Of a stretch of 64,000 bases of DNA, positions 10,336 to 19,952 are shown piece after piece. The notes beneath the pieces are model-generated. The model worked only from the letters and a program-made list of their open reading frames with translations. It was not told where the DNA came from and ran no database searches. A program made the translations under genes and the position numbers. Position 1 is the first letter of the stretch; each line of letters opens with the position of its first letter. Source of the DNA: Bacilli bacterium (GTDB lineage: Bacteria > Bacillota_I > Bacilli_A > RFN20 > CAG-826); the NCBI GenBank assembly GCA_045601325.1, contig JAZRZI010000029.1, positions 358 through 64,357 of the forward strand. The letters are read 5' to 3'.

Positions 10336-11430
10336 CCTGAAAAGACCGCCTATACATTTAAATCATGGAAATGTAATAACATTAAATGGGCATTTAAATA
10401 CGAAACCGTTAAAGAAGATATAACTCTTAAAGCTTTTTATGTTCCTATAGAATATTCTTTGGATTATGAAACTAATGGCGGTATCCTATACGATTACATG
10501 ACATCTTATACCACTGAAACAAAAGAAAATCCTGTTGATGCTAAAAAACCTGGATATATCAATGACTATTTTGTTGACCAAGACGGCAATAAGCTAACAA
10601 CATTAGAAGGTTCTTATGGAGATAAAAAACTTTCCCTTCATTGGACTTTAGATTCTGAGAACTTTATTGAGTTTGGTTCTGCTCCTGGTTCAATTGTTGT
10701 TGATGACTCTCTCATTTCAGAAATTGAACAACAAATTCCAGATTCAACTTATGTTGGAGATATTGAATATAATGGAAAAAAATATAATAGACGTAGAAAC
10801 CAACAATGGAGTAGAATCATAGGAACAAAGCATGTAGCTGCTGGTGAATATTGTATATTCAACTATGAACCAATCGTTTGGTTTAAAGTCGCTACTTTTG
10901 ATGCATATAAATCTATTTATTTTTCTGTTTACTCTTTAAAGTATTTCAACATAACAAATAGCCAAACACCATATGATCAGCACATTATTCGCGCCTATCT
11001 AAATGGCGAATTCATCAATCAGTATTTTACTGAAGCTGAAAAACAACAATTAGTTGATTATCAAGCGGACAATACTTCTCAAATTATCTCTTCCGATAAG
11101 CAAGGCCCAGGAACTGTTGATAAAGTTTTTATACCTTCTTATAAAGAACATTCAGAATGGTTGCCTAGACTAGAAACATTTAAAGTTTATGGCGCATATT
11201 ATTCTTTAAAACACGGTTTAATAACGGATGCAGAATGTATTTATGATTCTACAAATACACTGGGTGATAACCACGGAAGAATAAGTTATGGCGGATATTA
11301 CATTCGAACAGTTGGTAGTGGAAATTACTTGTATATGTTTAACCCAAGTTGGCATTCATCTACGACAGGAAATTACCATGAAAGTAGTACATCGTTTGTG
11401 AGACCATGTATAGTTTTGGAGAATAGATAG
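10171..11430 (+). CDS. lipoprotein with an N-terminal Listeria/Bacteroides 'InlB B-repeat' (Flg_new)-like domain; paralogue 1
   Basis: RBS AAGGAGG. Signal peptide plus lipobox LVGC. The TITFDPNNGEE...KTAYTFKSW segment matches the Flg_new repeat. C-terminal ...RPCIVLENR. Confidence 0.6.
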   Translation: MKKKLIPFALLFSYLLPLVGCAGSKTCTITFDPNNGEETFSITVNKGDLIPEPENPEKTAYTFKSWKCNNIKWAFKYETVKEDITLKAFYVPIEYSLDYETNGGILYDYMTSYTTETKENPVDAKKPGYINDYFVDQDGNKLTTLEGSYGDKKLSLHWTLDSENFIEFGSAPGSIVVDDSLISEIEQQIPDSTYVGDIEYNGKKYNRRRNQQWSRIIGTKHVAAGEYCIFNYEPIVWFKVATFDAYKSIYFSVYSLKYFNITNSQTPYDQHIIRAYLNGEFINQYFTEAEKQQLVDYQADNTSQIISSDKQGPGTVDKVFIPSYKEHSEWLPRLETFKVYGAYYSLKHGLITDAECIYDSTNTLGDNHGRISYGGYYIRTVGSGNYLYMFNPSWHSSTTGNYHESSTSFVRPCIVLENR

Positions 11431-11433
11431 TTT

Positions 11434-11598
11434 ATGAAAAAGAAATTAATCCCTTTTGCATTATTATTTAGTTACCTTCTCCCATTAGTGGGTTGCGCTG
11501 GCTCTAAAACTTGCACAATTACATTTGATCCTAATAATGGTGAAGAAACATTTTCAATTACAGTCAATAAGGGTGACTTAATCTCTGAACCAGAAAGC
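11434..11598 (+). repeat. ~165-nt direct repeat, copy 2
   Basis: See copy 1. Confidence 0.7.
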
Positions 11599-12654
11599 CC
11601 TGAAAAGACAGCGTATGACTTTAAGTATTGGAAACATAACAATGTTAAGTGGTCTTTTAAATATGAAAAAGTAGAAAGCGATATGACTTTGTTGGCATAT
11701 TATAAACCTATTGAGTATTCTTTAACTATTTTACCAAACGGTGGATATTTATGCGAATATGAAGATTATTACACAATTGAATCTGAATTTGAAAAAATCG
11801 CAGAAATAACCAAACCAGGTTATGTAGTTGATTATTATATTGACCAAGATGATAATCACATTACAACTTTAAACGGTATCTATGGTGATAAAGTATTAAC
11901 ACCTCATTGGTCGGTTGATAATGAGCATTTTGTTTTATATGGTAAGTGTCCTTCTTCATTAGTGAGAGATGAAAACTTAATCGTTAGTTTAGATAATCTT
12001 TTACCAAACCCAAATTATTATGGCGATATTTCATATCAAGATAACTTATATCGCAGATACAACACTGGATATAAGAGACCAATTGATAATGTGGATGTTC
12101 CTAATTTTTCAGATATCTATTTAAAATATGATCCTATTGCTTGGGTCAAATTGTATGAAACAAACGACTACAACGTTTATATGAGTGCTTATATTTTAGA
12201 TTGTTATAAACAATCTTTAAGTTCTGATTTGATTAAGTATAGCGGCTCAAGTATTGATACTTATGTTCAAGCCTTGGTCCCTGAATTTTTTAGTGAAGAA
12301 GAAATAAATGGTTTATATGATTTTCAACTTGAGGACTCTACTGCAAAATTATTCTTACCTTCCTTTGAAGAGATGACTAACGCTATGAGCACATTAGTTG
12401 AATTGCCATTTATTAGCAGTAATTATTACCACAACATGTCGCTTGGAATTCTTTCTAATAGATCCATTCTTGAAGAGAAATGTTCTTGGTATATGTCTGC
12501 TGGTGGTAAATATATTAACTATTTAGCTGGAAATTACGCAACTCGAACATTTTTCGATAAAGGACTTTTAAGGGTTATTGCAAACGATAGAGAAATGGAC
12601 AACTATAAGAGAGATAATTTAAACATTAGACCTTGTATTGCTATTAAAAAATAG
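11434..12654 (+). CDS. lipoprotein with an N-terminal InlB B-repeat-like domain; paralogue 2
   Basis: The first ~55 aa are nearly identical to the upstream gene, and the rest is diverged. C-terminal ...RPCIAIKK. Starts 3 nt after the paralogue's stop. Confidence 0.6.
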   Translation: MKKKLIPFALLFSYLLPLVGCAGSKTCTITFDPNNGEETFSITVNKGDLISEPESPEKTAYDFKYWKHNNVKWSFKYEKVESDMTLLAYYKPIEYSLTILPNGGYLCEYEDYYTIESEFEKIAEITKPGYVVDYYIDQDDNHITTLNGIYGDKVLTPHWSVDNEHFVLYGKCPSSLVRDENLIVSLDNLLPNPNYYGDISYQDNLYRRYNTGYKRPIDNVDVPNFSDIYLKYDPIAWVKLYETNDYNVYMSAYILDCYKQSLSSDLIKYSGSSIDTYVQALVPEFFSEEEINGLYDFQLEDSTAKLFLPSFEEMTNAMSTLVELPFISSNYYHNMSLGILSNRSILEEKCSWYMSAGGKYINYLAGNYATRTFFDKGLLRVIANDREMDNYKRDNLNIRPCIAIKK

Positions 12655-12667
12655 ACAATTGATTTAA

Positions 12668-12696
12668 GCCACTAGCGGTGTTGCTGGTGGTTTTTG
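12668..12696 (+). terminator. rho-independent terminator
   Basis: Hairpin ccactagc/gctggtgg followed by TTTTTG. Confidence 0.55.
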
Positions 12697-12775
12697 TAAT
12701 GTACTATTTTTTGTTGTATAGCACTTAATATTAAGTAATTGTTGAAATATGTTCAATGTGAGATAAAATAAAGTT

Positions 12776-13651
12776 ATGGAACTTAAACAAATACTAGATA
12801 ATAGGTACAATTCTAAAACAGGAATTGAATTTCACCATACAATCACATCTGTAGAAGAAATTAAAAAGCACAACGCTAATATTTCTCACTCCCACCCTCA
12901 ATTTGAAATTTATTACCTTAGACAAGGTGAAGTATATTACTTTGTTGGTGGTCAAAAGTATCGCGTTGAAGAAGGTGCTTTACTTTTATTAAACACATTC
13001 TCTCCACACCATGTGGAAGCTGAACCATCATCTATTCTTGATAGATATGTTTTAGAATTCACCATGGATTATATTCCTAGTATTAACGGAGTTTGCCCAG
13101 CATACTATTTTTTTGAAAAGAGACACTCTATTCGTATTATTCCAAAGGAAATTGTTGAGAAAACAAGAATCTTTGAACTATTTAAGGGCATAGAAGAAGA
13201 AACTTTACATAAAAACGAATTTACTGCGCACATTATTTTAGGTTATATCTTACAAATCATTTCTATCGCTTGCTTATCTACAAGTGAAATGGATAACACT
13301 CAAATGCCTGAAATTAATGATGAGTATGATAAGCACACATCATATATTAATGAAATAGTTCAATATATTAACGCAAACGTGGATAAGAAACTAACAATCG
13401 ATGAGATTGCGGAAAAGGTTCATATTTCACGCAGCTATTTACAACATATCTTTAAGAAGTGTGTCGGCTTATCTTTAAGCGAATATATCTTTAGACAAAA
13501 GATGCATTCTGCTAAATACATGCTAGCGAATGGTAAATCATTTACTGAAGTTGCAAATGCATTAGGCTATAAATATTATTCAACGTTTTCAGCTGACTAT
13601 AAGAAGATGTTTGGGACATCTCCAAAACAAGATAGATTAAATAAAAGATAA
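12776..13651 (+). CDS. AraC-family transcriptional regulator (cupin sensor + HTH)
   Basis: The C-terminal ~100 aa form a classic AraC double HTH (ISRSYLQHIFKK...GYKYYSTFSADYKKMFGTSP). Confidence 0.85.
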   Translation: MELKQILDNRYNSKTGIEFHHTITSVEEIKKHNANISHSHPQFEIYYLRQGEVYYFVGGQKYRVEEGALLLLNTFSPHHVEAEPSSILDRYVLEFTMDYIPSINGVCPAYYFFEKRHSIRIIPKEIVEKTRIFELFKGIEEETLHKNEFTAHIILGYILQIISIACLSTSEMDNTQMPEINDEYDKHTSYINEIVQYINANVDKKLTIDEIAEKVHISRSYLQHIFKKCVGLSLSEYIFRQKMHSAKYMLANGKSFTEVANALGYKYYSTFSADYKKMFGTSPKQDRLNKR

Positions 13652-13652
13652 T

Positions 13653-14255
13653 ATGAGTAAAGTTACTATTAGTTGCATAGGTGACAGTTTAACCGAAGGT
13701 GACTATGGCATTAAAAACACAAGGTGTGTCGCTAATGTTCACAAGGAAAACTACCCTTACTTTTTAAGCTTGTTGACAGGCGGAGAAGTTAGAAACTTTG
13801 GGCACTGTGGATTTAGATCATCTAATATTCTAGAAATATTTAAACAAGGTTATATTGATGTTACTGGTAGCGACATTATTATCATTATGCTCGGCACTAA
13901 TGGAGGGCAAACTTTGGAAGGCAATAGTGAGGATGATAAAGCATACATAGAAATCATTAATCTATGCAAAACACAAGCAAAAGACGCGGTAATCTATATA
14001 TGCACACCTCCTCATGTAACAACAAATCCGATGTATTCAAACTGTGGATATTTGCCCTTAGTTGAACCTGCAAGAGGGTTTGTTAGAAAGATTTCAAAGG
14101 AATTTAATCTAAAACTCATTGAACTAGATAAATGTGATAAGTTCACAGATGAAACAGAAGATATAATGCAAGCAAATGATGGATTACACTTTGTGGAAGT
14201 TGGTTATCGCACATTAGCAGAAGTCATTTATAATCACATTATAGAATCACTATAA
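13653..14255 (+). CDS. SGNH/GDSL hydrolase (carbohydrate acetylesterase candidate, e.g. rhamnogalacturonan acetylesterase-like)
   Basis: GDS(L) block I (ISCIGDSLTEGDY), GTNG block and a C-terminal DGLHF (DxxH) block. Starts 2 nt after the AraC stop. Confidence 0.75.
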   Translation: MSKVTISCIGDSLTEGDYGIKNTRCVANVHKENYPYFLSLLTGGEVRNFGHCGFRSSNILEIFKQGYIDVTGSDIIIIMLGTNGGQTLEGNSEDDKAYIEIINLCKTQAKDAVIYICTPPHVTTNPMYSNCGYLPLVEPARGFVRKISKEFNLKLIELDKCDKFTDETEDIMQANDGLHFVEVGYRTLAEVIYNHIIESL

Positions 14256-14309
14256 TCTTTCTTTTTTGTTTGTGTTTGATTACAATAATTTGTAGTTTAG
14301 GTGACCATT

Positions 14310-15926
14310 ATGAAATATATTAAATTTAAAAAAATTATTAAATGTAGTAAAACTTTAATTAACAAAGAATCTTTATTAAAAGATTGGCCTCTTCAAATCC
14401 AATTAAATGGAAGGGAATATACATGCTTTAGTGATGGTGATTTTGTTATCTTGGATTTTGGAAAAGAAACTAGTGGTGGAATTCGTTTATTCACTGACAC
14501 CATTTCTAATAATTCTAGTGTGAGAATTAGATTTGGCGAATCCGTTGGAGAAGTTTGTAGCGATATTGGTGAAAAAGGCGCTACAAACGATCATTCTCCT
14601 AGAGATTTTGTGGTTAAGGTTATCACATTAAGTGATTTAACATTTGGCCAAACTGGTTTTAGATTCGTGAGGTTAGATTTTAGTGGAGAAAGTTGGCATT
14701 TAAGAAACGCTGTTGCTTCCATTGATACAGATACAAGAACTGAATATGGTTACTTCAAAAGTAACGATGTTTTATTAAATAAAATATGGAAAACTGCTTC
14801 ATATACACTAAGACTTAATTTGCATAACGGATTATTTTGGGATGGCGTTAAAAGAGATAGACTTTGTTGGATTGGCGATTCCTATCCTGAAATGAAAGCT
14901 TCTCTATGCTTATATAAGTCAGTTCCTGAAATTCATAATTCATTACAATTCACAATAGATACAACTCCTGATGATGGATGGATGGATTTTAGTCCAGCAT
15001 ATAACTTATGGGCTATGCTTATGTTAGCGGATAATTTTAAATACGATGGCGATTTAGAATTCATTAATAAAAACGTTTCTAAAATCATCACTTATTTAAA
15101 TAAATTCGATAATGAGATTAATGAAGATGGTTCTACACACTTACCATTCTATTTTATCGATTGGCCTAGTCATTATGATGGAGGAGATGGTGATGAATTA
15201 ATCAAACAAGCCGATGAAATAGTGGGTGTTAGTTATTTAATGGAACTAACATTTGCACGTGTTAAAGAATTAGGTGAATCTATCAACAATCTAGAAATCA
15301 TATCTTTATGCGATAAGTTGATTAACAAATTGAGCAAGAAGCCTTTAAAAGTTAAGAAGTTTAAACAAATTGCGGCTTTAGGCGTTATGTCTGGCCATGA
15401 TGATAAAAATAATGAATCTATTCTCATGAATAATGGAGCGAATGGCTTATCAACATTCCAAAGTTACTTCATTCTTTCTGCGGTTAGCCATTATGGACAT
15501 TATAAAGATGCATTAGATATGCTAAAAGAATACTATGGAGGCATGCTTAAAGTGGGCGCAACAACGTTCTGGGAAGACTTTGAACTATCTTGGCTTGATA
15601 ATGCATCACGAATTGATAAGTTGCCTAAAAAAGGCCAAAAAGATATTCATGGTGATTATGGAAAATTCTGTTATACAGGTTATAGACATAGCTTGTGCCA
15701 TGGTTGGAGCAGTGGTGTTATAGCGTATATTGTTGAAAACATCGTTGGTCTTAAAGTTATTGATTCCAAAACTTATAAACTAGAGCCTCGTTTAGATGGC
15801 TTAACTAATTGTGAATGTAAGTTCCCAACTAAGTATGGTCCAATCATAATTAATAATAGTGTAGTAGATGGTAAGTTAGTTACTGAGATTATAAAGAAGC
15901 CTGTTGAGATTCAAATATTAAAATAG
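14310..15926 (+). CDS. six-hairpin glycoside hydrolase, probably GH78-like alpha-L-rhamnosidase
   Basis: RBS AGGTGA lies 6 nt before the ATG at 14310. The motif DGVKRDRLCWIGDSYPE resembles the GH78 catalytic-domain block (K/RRERLGWTGD). Family assignment is tentative. Confidence 0.5.
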   Translation: MKYIKFKKIIKCSKTLINKESLLKDWPLQIQLNGREYTCFSDGDFVILDFGKETSGGIRLFTDTISNNSSVRIRFGESVGEVCSDIGEKGATNDHSPRDFVVKVITLSDLTFGQTGFRFVRLDFSGESWHLRNAVASIDTDTRTEYGYFKSNDVLLNKIWKTASYTLRLNLHNGLFWDGVKRDRLCWIGDSYPEMKASLCLYKSVPEIHNSLQFTIDTTPDDGWMDFSPAYNLWAMLMLADNFKYDGDLEFINKNVSKIITYLNKFDNEINEDGSTHLPFYFIDWPSHYDGGDGDELIKQADEIVGVSYLMELTFARVKELGESINNLEIISLCDKLINKLSKKPLKVKKFKQIAALGVMSGHDDKNNESILMNNGANGLSTFQSYFILSAVSHYGHYKDALDMLKEYYGGMLKVGATTFWEDFELSWLDNASRIDKLPKKGQKDIHGDYGKFCYTGYRHSLCHGWSSGVIAYIVENIVGLKVIDSKTYKLEPRLDGLTNCECKFPTKYGPIIINNSVVDGKLVTEIIKKPVEIQILK

Positions 15927-15952
15927 TTAGGTTCACGCCTAACTATTTTTGT
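15926..15952. terminator. bidirectional terminator between convergent genes
   Basis: Hairpin agttaggt-tcac-gcctaact followed by ATTTTTG. Confidence 0.5.
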
Positions 15953-17426
15953 TATCTATTCTTGATATTGTTAATGTCACACTTTCGTTAGACATTTCAT
16001 CAAAATAAATTGAGTATGGGAATATCTCGCCATTATTCATTGTTTTCTTATTTGTAAGAGTTTTATCAATGAAATTAGCGTATTTTTCGAATGTAAATGT
16101 ATCTCCTTCATGGAATAAATCCTTTTCTCCTAGATATGTATCATATATACCTATAGACTTAGGATCTCCAAAAGTATTTTTGCCCTGAGCTTGTATTAAA
16201 CCTAGTAAATTAAAATCTTTACTTTGTTCAATGCCACCTTCATAGTCTGTCCAATAATAAGAATTATTAGCCCCGATGGTAGCATATTTAAACTTGGCTC
16301 TATCTTCGATAGAATTAATGGCTTGAGTATCCAAATCATCAATACTAAGGAATTGATGATTTATATTTTCGTTTTCGTTAGCGCCCCAAAGTCTTGAATC
16401 TACGTGATATATTCTGACACCATATTTGCCTAAGTATTTAGGCCAACCTTTCCAATCCCTTTTGTTGTTTCCAAATGGTGAAAATAGTTCTAATAGGAAA
16501 TATTCGTCATAAGCAGAGCCGTTCCATGATGAATAATTTGCTGGAATAATTAAGCAATCACCATTAATTGAGGCGGCTTTTAACGTGATTTTTGCGTTAT
16601 TTGTAGTTCCTTTATATACATAAGGACTAACCCAACCGGTAACCATTTTTGAATACGAGTTCCAGTCAAAAGCATCCCCGTCTTGCATATCCGCGCCACC
16701 CAAATAATGGACTTTGCCTGAATAGTCGTAATAATCTTCTAGGCCAAATATATGTCCTTGTTCGTGTATTGCTGTCGTTGCATCATTAATATTTAAGATA
16801 CTTGAAACACTATAAACGTTAACTCCTAACCCTTTTTCTGGAAGTGGTCTATTAGTAGAAAACATATGTGGCCATAAGTTTTCTGCCCATACCGTAGCTT
16901 TATAGTTAGTAATCATATGAATATTATCAAAACATCCGTCGTTATTTTTATCGTATTCTGCCCAATCTATATCTTTATATTTTTCTTGTACTTTAATTGA
17001 AACAATTTCAATCATATCGAAAAGTTTTTCGTAAGAGCCTTCGTTTTCATTAATTTCTTGATATGTCATTTCATTAATTTCGATAATGTCTGTTACCAAA
17101 CCACTCAAATTCATTTTTCCAAAAGACGCTACGTCATAATATGACTTAAGAGAATCTTCGCCTAAAAAATAAGCTTCGTTAACTTTATCTAGCTTGTCTT
17201 TTGTCCATGTTCCTAACTTAGCATCAACTTCAGGGAAGGAAATTGGAACAACTAATACATTTGTGTTTCCAACACTTGGAGAATATGCATTATTTATATC
17301 GCTCGCTAAAATTGATAACTTTTCTACTTTGATAAAGCCGGTATCATTCTTACAAGAAGCTAATGATATGCATGCTGGTAAGATGAGAAGAATGTTTCTT
17401 TTATTCATGCTTATGATTTTATACAT
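15939..17426 (-). CDS. lipoprotein, M6 (InhA)-like zinc metalloprotease domain
   Basis: Signal peptide with lipobox LASC. HEQGHIFGLEDYYD matches the M6 family HExxHxxGxxD zinc site. Confidence 0.55.
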   Translation of the reverse strand: MYKIISMNKRNILLILPACISLASCKNDTGFIKVEKLSILASDINNAYSPSVGNTNVLVVPISFPEVDAKLGTWTKDKLDKVNEAYFLGEDSLKSYYDVASFGKMNLSGLVTDIIEINEMTYQEINENEGSYEKLFDMIEIVSIKVQEKYKDIDWAEYDKNNDGCFDNIHMITNYKATVWAENLWPHMFSTNRPLPEKGLGVNVYSVSSILNINDATTAIHEQGHIFGLEDYYDYSGKVHYLGGADMQDGDAFDWNSYSKMVTGWVSPYVYKGTTNNAKITLKAASINGDCLIIPANYSSWNGSAYDEYFLLELFSPFGNNKRDWKGWPKYLGKYGVRIYHVDSRLWGANENENINHQFLSIDDLDTQAINSIEDRAKFKYATIGANNSYYWTDYEGGIEQSKDFNLLGLIQAQGKNTFGDPKSIGIYDTYLGEKDLFHEGDTFTFEKYANFIDKTLTNKKTMNNGEIFPYSIYFDEMSNESVTLTISRIDNKNS

Positions 17427-17453
17427 TTATTATTAAATTTGCAATTTTTCGTG

Positions 17454-17465
17454 CGCGTACGCGCG
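17454..17465. promoter_or_regulatory. GC-rich 12-bp perfect palindrome GCGCGTACGCGC in an AT-rich divergent intergenic region
   Basis: Lies between the divergent M6-lipoprotein and GH29 genes. The local sequence is otherwise above 75% AT. Confidence 0.3.
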
Positions 17466-17601
17466 AACATTATATAATAAAATTAGATATTCATCGAATT
17501 AGAAAACTTTCATCTATTTTCAAATTCCCACAGGCGCATATAAGCATATATAATTATTGTTAAATTAAAGTTTTGCATTAATATTGTATTGAGGATTATT
17601 T

Positions 17602-18822
17602 ATGAAACCAAAATATATAGCAGATTTTGAAAAACTTGGTCTTGGTTTATTCGTTCACTTTGGCCTTTATAGTGTGGTTGGTAAGGGTGAATGGTATTTC
17701 AAGATTTATAAAGAAGAAGCTAGCAAAATTTACCCATCTTTGCCAGGTAAGTTTAAAGTTAAACCTAATTGGGCAAAGGATTTAGTTAAGTTTGCTAAAA
17801 ATATGGGTGCAAAGTATATTACTTTGACTACGCGCCATCACGATGGCTTTTCCCTATATAATGCTTCACCTTTAAATAAGTATGATGCATTACATAGTGC
17901 GACTGGAAGAGACTTAATTAAAGAATTTGTTGATGAATGTCGTAAGAGTGGTATTGTTCCGTTTTTCTATCACACATTATTAGATTGGCACGAAACTTCA
18001 TATTTTTCTGATGACACATTTGATCAATATCTAGATTACTTAAAGAAATCAGTTGAGATCTTATGTACAAGGTATGGGAAGATTGGTGGCTTGTGGTTTG
18101 ATGGTATGTGGGATGCAGAACACGTTGATAGAAATTGGAAGATTGGCGAACTCTACAGCATGATTAGAAAATACCAACCTGAAGCTATGATTATCAATAA
18201 CACTGGTTTATCCGCGACAGGCCAAGTTGGGCACCCTGAAATTGACTCTGTTACATTCGAAAGAGGCAAACCAAGCTATGTAGATTGCTCTGATAAAGAA
18301 AGAGCAGGAGAAATGTGTGACGGTGTGGATGACCACTGGGGATTCACTAAAGAAGACATATGCACAAAACCTTGTAAGGTTTTATTAAAAGAATTTATTG
18401 ATTGTCGTCAATACAATTGCAACTTCTTAATTAATACAGGATTAAGAGGTGATGGCACTGTTAAACCTATCGACAAATACACAATCGAAGGCATTGGTAA
18501 ATGGATTCGCAAGAATAAGAGCTTTATATATGAAGCAAGACGTGCTGAATTCGATGCAGATGAAGCTATAATTATGAAAGATGAAAAATGGTATTACGCA
18601 ATTATAGAAGATGTACCAATGTCATCTGACCCTAATGTAGCTAAATCATATGGTAATTTAAATAGAATTGTTAAGATACATACCGATAAAAAGATTTCCA
18701 GTATTACATGGCTTGATAGCGGTGAAAAGGTTCAATTATCTGACAAACAATCATTTAAAGTTTTGCCATTCTCATACGGTCAATCATGGTTTGCAAGGGT
18801 CGCTAGATTTAAACTCAAATAA
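17602..18822 (+). CDS. alpha-L-fucosidase, glycoside hydrolase family 29
   Basis: The N-terminal LGLFVHFGLYSV..GEW and TTRHHDGFSLYNA segments match conserved GH29 blocks. Confidence 0.8.
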   Translation: MKPKYIADFEKLGLGLFVHFGLYSVVGKGEWYFKIYKEEASKIYPSLPGKFKVKPNWAKDLVKFAKNMGAKYITLTTRHHDGFSLYNASPLNKYDALHSATGRDLIKEFVDECRKSGIVPFFYHTLLDWHETSYFSDDTFDQYLDYLKKSVEILCTRYGKIGGLWFDGMWDAEHVDRNWKIGELYSMIRKYQPEAMIINNTGLSATGQVGHPEIDSVTFERGKPSYVDCSDKERAGEMCDGVDDHWGFTKEDICTKPCKVLLKEFIDCRQYNCNFLINTGLRGDGTVKPIDKYTIEGIGKWIRKNKSFIYEARRAEFDADEAIIMKDEKWYYAIIEDVPMSSDPNVAKSYGNLNRIVKIHTDKKISSITWLDSGEKVQLSDKQSFKVLPFSYGQSWFARVARFKLK

Positions 18823-18838
18823 TTAGCAATCGCCTATT

Positions 18839-18866
18839 AAGAGGGAGATAATCTTCCTCTTTTTTG
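18839..18866 (+). terminator. rho-independent terminator after the GH29 gene
   Basis: Hairpin aagagg..cctctt followed by TTTTTTG. Confidence 0.55.
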
Positions 18867-19001
18867 TTGCTTTTCAACTATTATTATCTTTGATAATAAA
18901 AAAATTGATAAATATTTGGGCGTAATTTATCTCAGTTTTTTATTCAAAAAACAGCAAATATTTTCTATAATATTTAGGACACATTTTAAGGAGAAAATAA
19001 T

Positions 19002-19874
19002 ATGGCTGAAATGAAATTATTCAGATTAGGAAAAGAAGTTATTGAGATTAAAAGTACTGAAACTTCTTTTGATATCAATTTACAAGAATTAATCGAAGCA
19101 AACTCTAAGAGTTTCTTTGGAGTTACATTTGTTGCTAATGATTACAACATCGGAGCAGGCACAGTTCCGACAGTCGGTTTAGATGAAAACCGTTGCCCAG
19201 TTGTTTTTATTTATAGCAAAGACGAAAAGATGAACTTCTTATCTAAGGGTTTGTTCTTCTTAGATCAAATCTTAGGCAACAAAGAAAGATTTACAGTTTC
19301 TGTTTCTAACAAATTAGGTAAGAAAGCCGCTGAATCTATTGACTGGTCTAGCCCAAGAGTTATTGTCTTAGCTACTGGTTTCAACAAATACGACAGAGCC
19401 GCTGTTGCTCAAGTATCTCGTAACATTTCTTTAATTCAATACAACCAATACGGTGATGACATTGTTATGTTTGAATTAATTGAAACAAATGCTGGCACAC
19501 CAATCGAAAGTGGTTTACAAGTTCGTAACTCATTCATGACTGGTTATAAGAAAGCATCTGCTTCTGCAAGAAACTTATTCGATTTATTATGTGAATACAT
19601 CCAATACTTCGGTGAATCAGTTACAATTAACACATTAAGAAACTACGTTGCATTTAAGAAGATTAAGAACTTTGCAGCTGCACGTGTTGAAGGTTCTAAA
19701 ATTACTTTAAACCTTAACTTAGAACCATATAAGTTCACCGCAATTAGCCCTAAATACAAAGATGTTACATTTGCTGCTAAGGTTGGCACAGGCCACTTAC
19801 AATTCACAATCGAAACTCAGCAAGATTACGAAGAAGCAAAATCTTTGTTGCTCGAAGCATACAATAGAAACTAA
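19002..19874 (+). CDS. hypothetical protein; possible DUF91/NucS-like PD-(D/E)xK fold (catalytic residues look degenerate) with a C-terminal DUF5655-like region
   Basis: The N-terminal pattern E..LQELIEAN...G......VGLDENRCPVVFIYSK resembles the restriction-endonuclease-like core, but the expected Glu is Tyr. RBS AAGGAG. Assignment is from memory and is low confidence. Confidence 0.3.
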   Translation: MAEMKLFRLGKEVIEIKSTETSFDINLQELIEANSKSFFGVTFVANDYNIGAGTVPTVGLDENRCPVVFIYSKDEKMNFLSKGLFFLDQILGNKERFTVSVSNKLGKKAAESIDWSSPRVIVLATGFNKYDRAAVAQVSRNISLIQYNQYGDDIVMFELIETNAGTPIESGLQVRNSFMTGYKKASASARNLFDLLCEYIQYFGESVTINTLRNYVAFKKIKNFAAARVEGSKITLNLNLEPYKFTAISPKYKDVTFAAKVGTGHLQFTIETQQDYEEAKSLLLEAYNRN

Positions 19875-19893
19875 TTTCTTTGGATAGTAATAG

Positions 19894-19924
19894 GAAAGAC
19901 CTTTTGAAGGTCTTTTCTTTTTGT
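19894..19924 (+). terminator. rho-independent terminator
   Basis: Hairpin aaagacctt-ttga-aggtcttt followed by a T-run. Confidence 0.65.
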
Positions 19925-19952
19925 GATAAACTAAAAAAACGAGGAAAAACTT

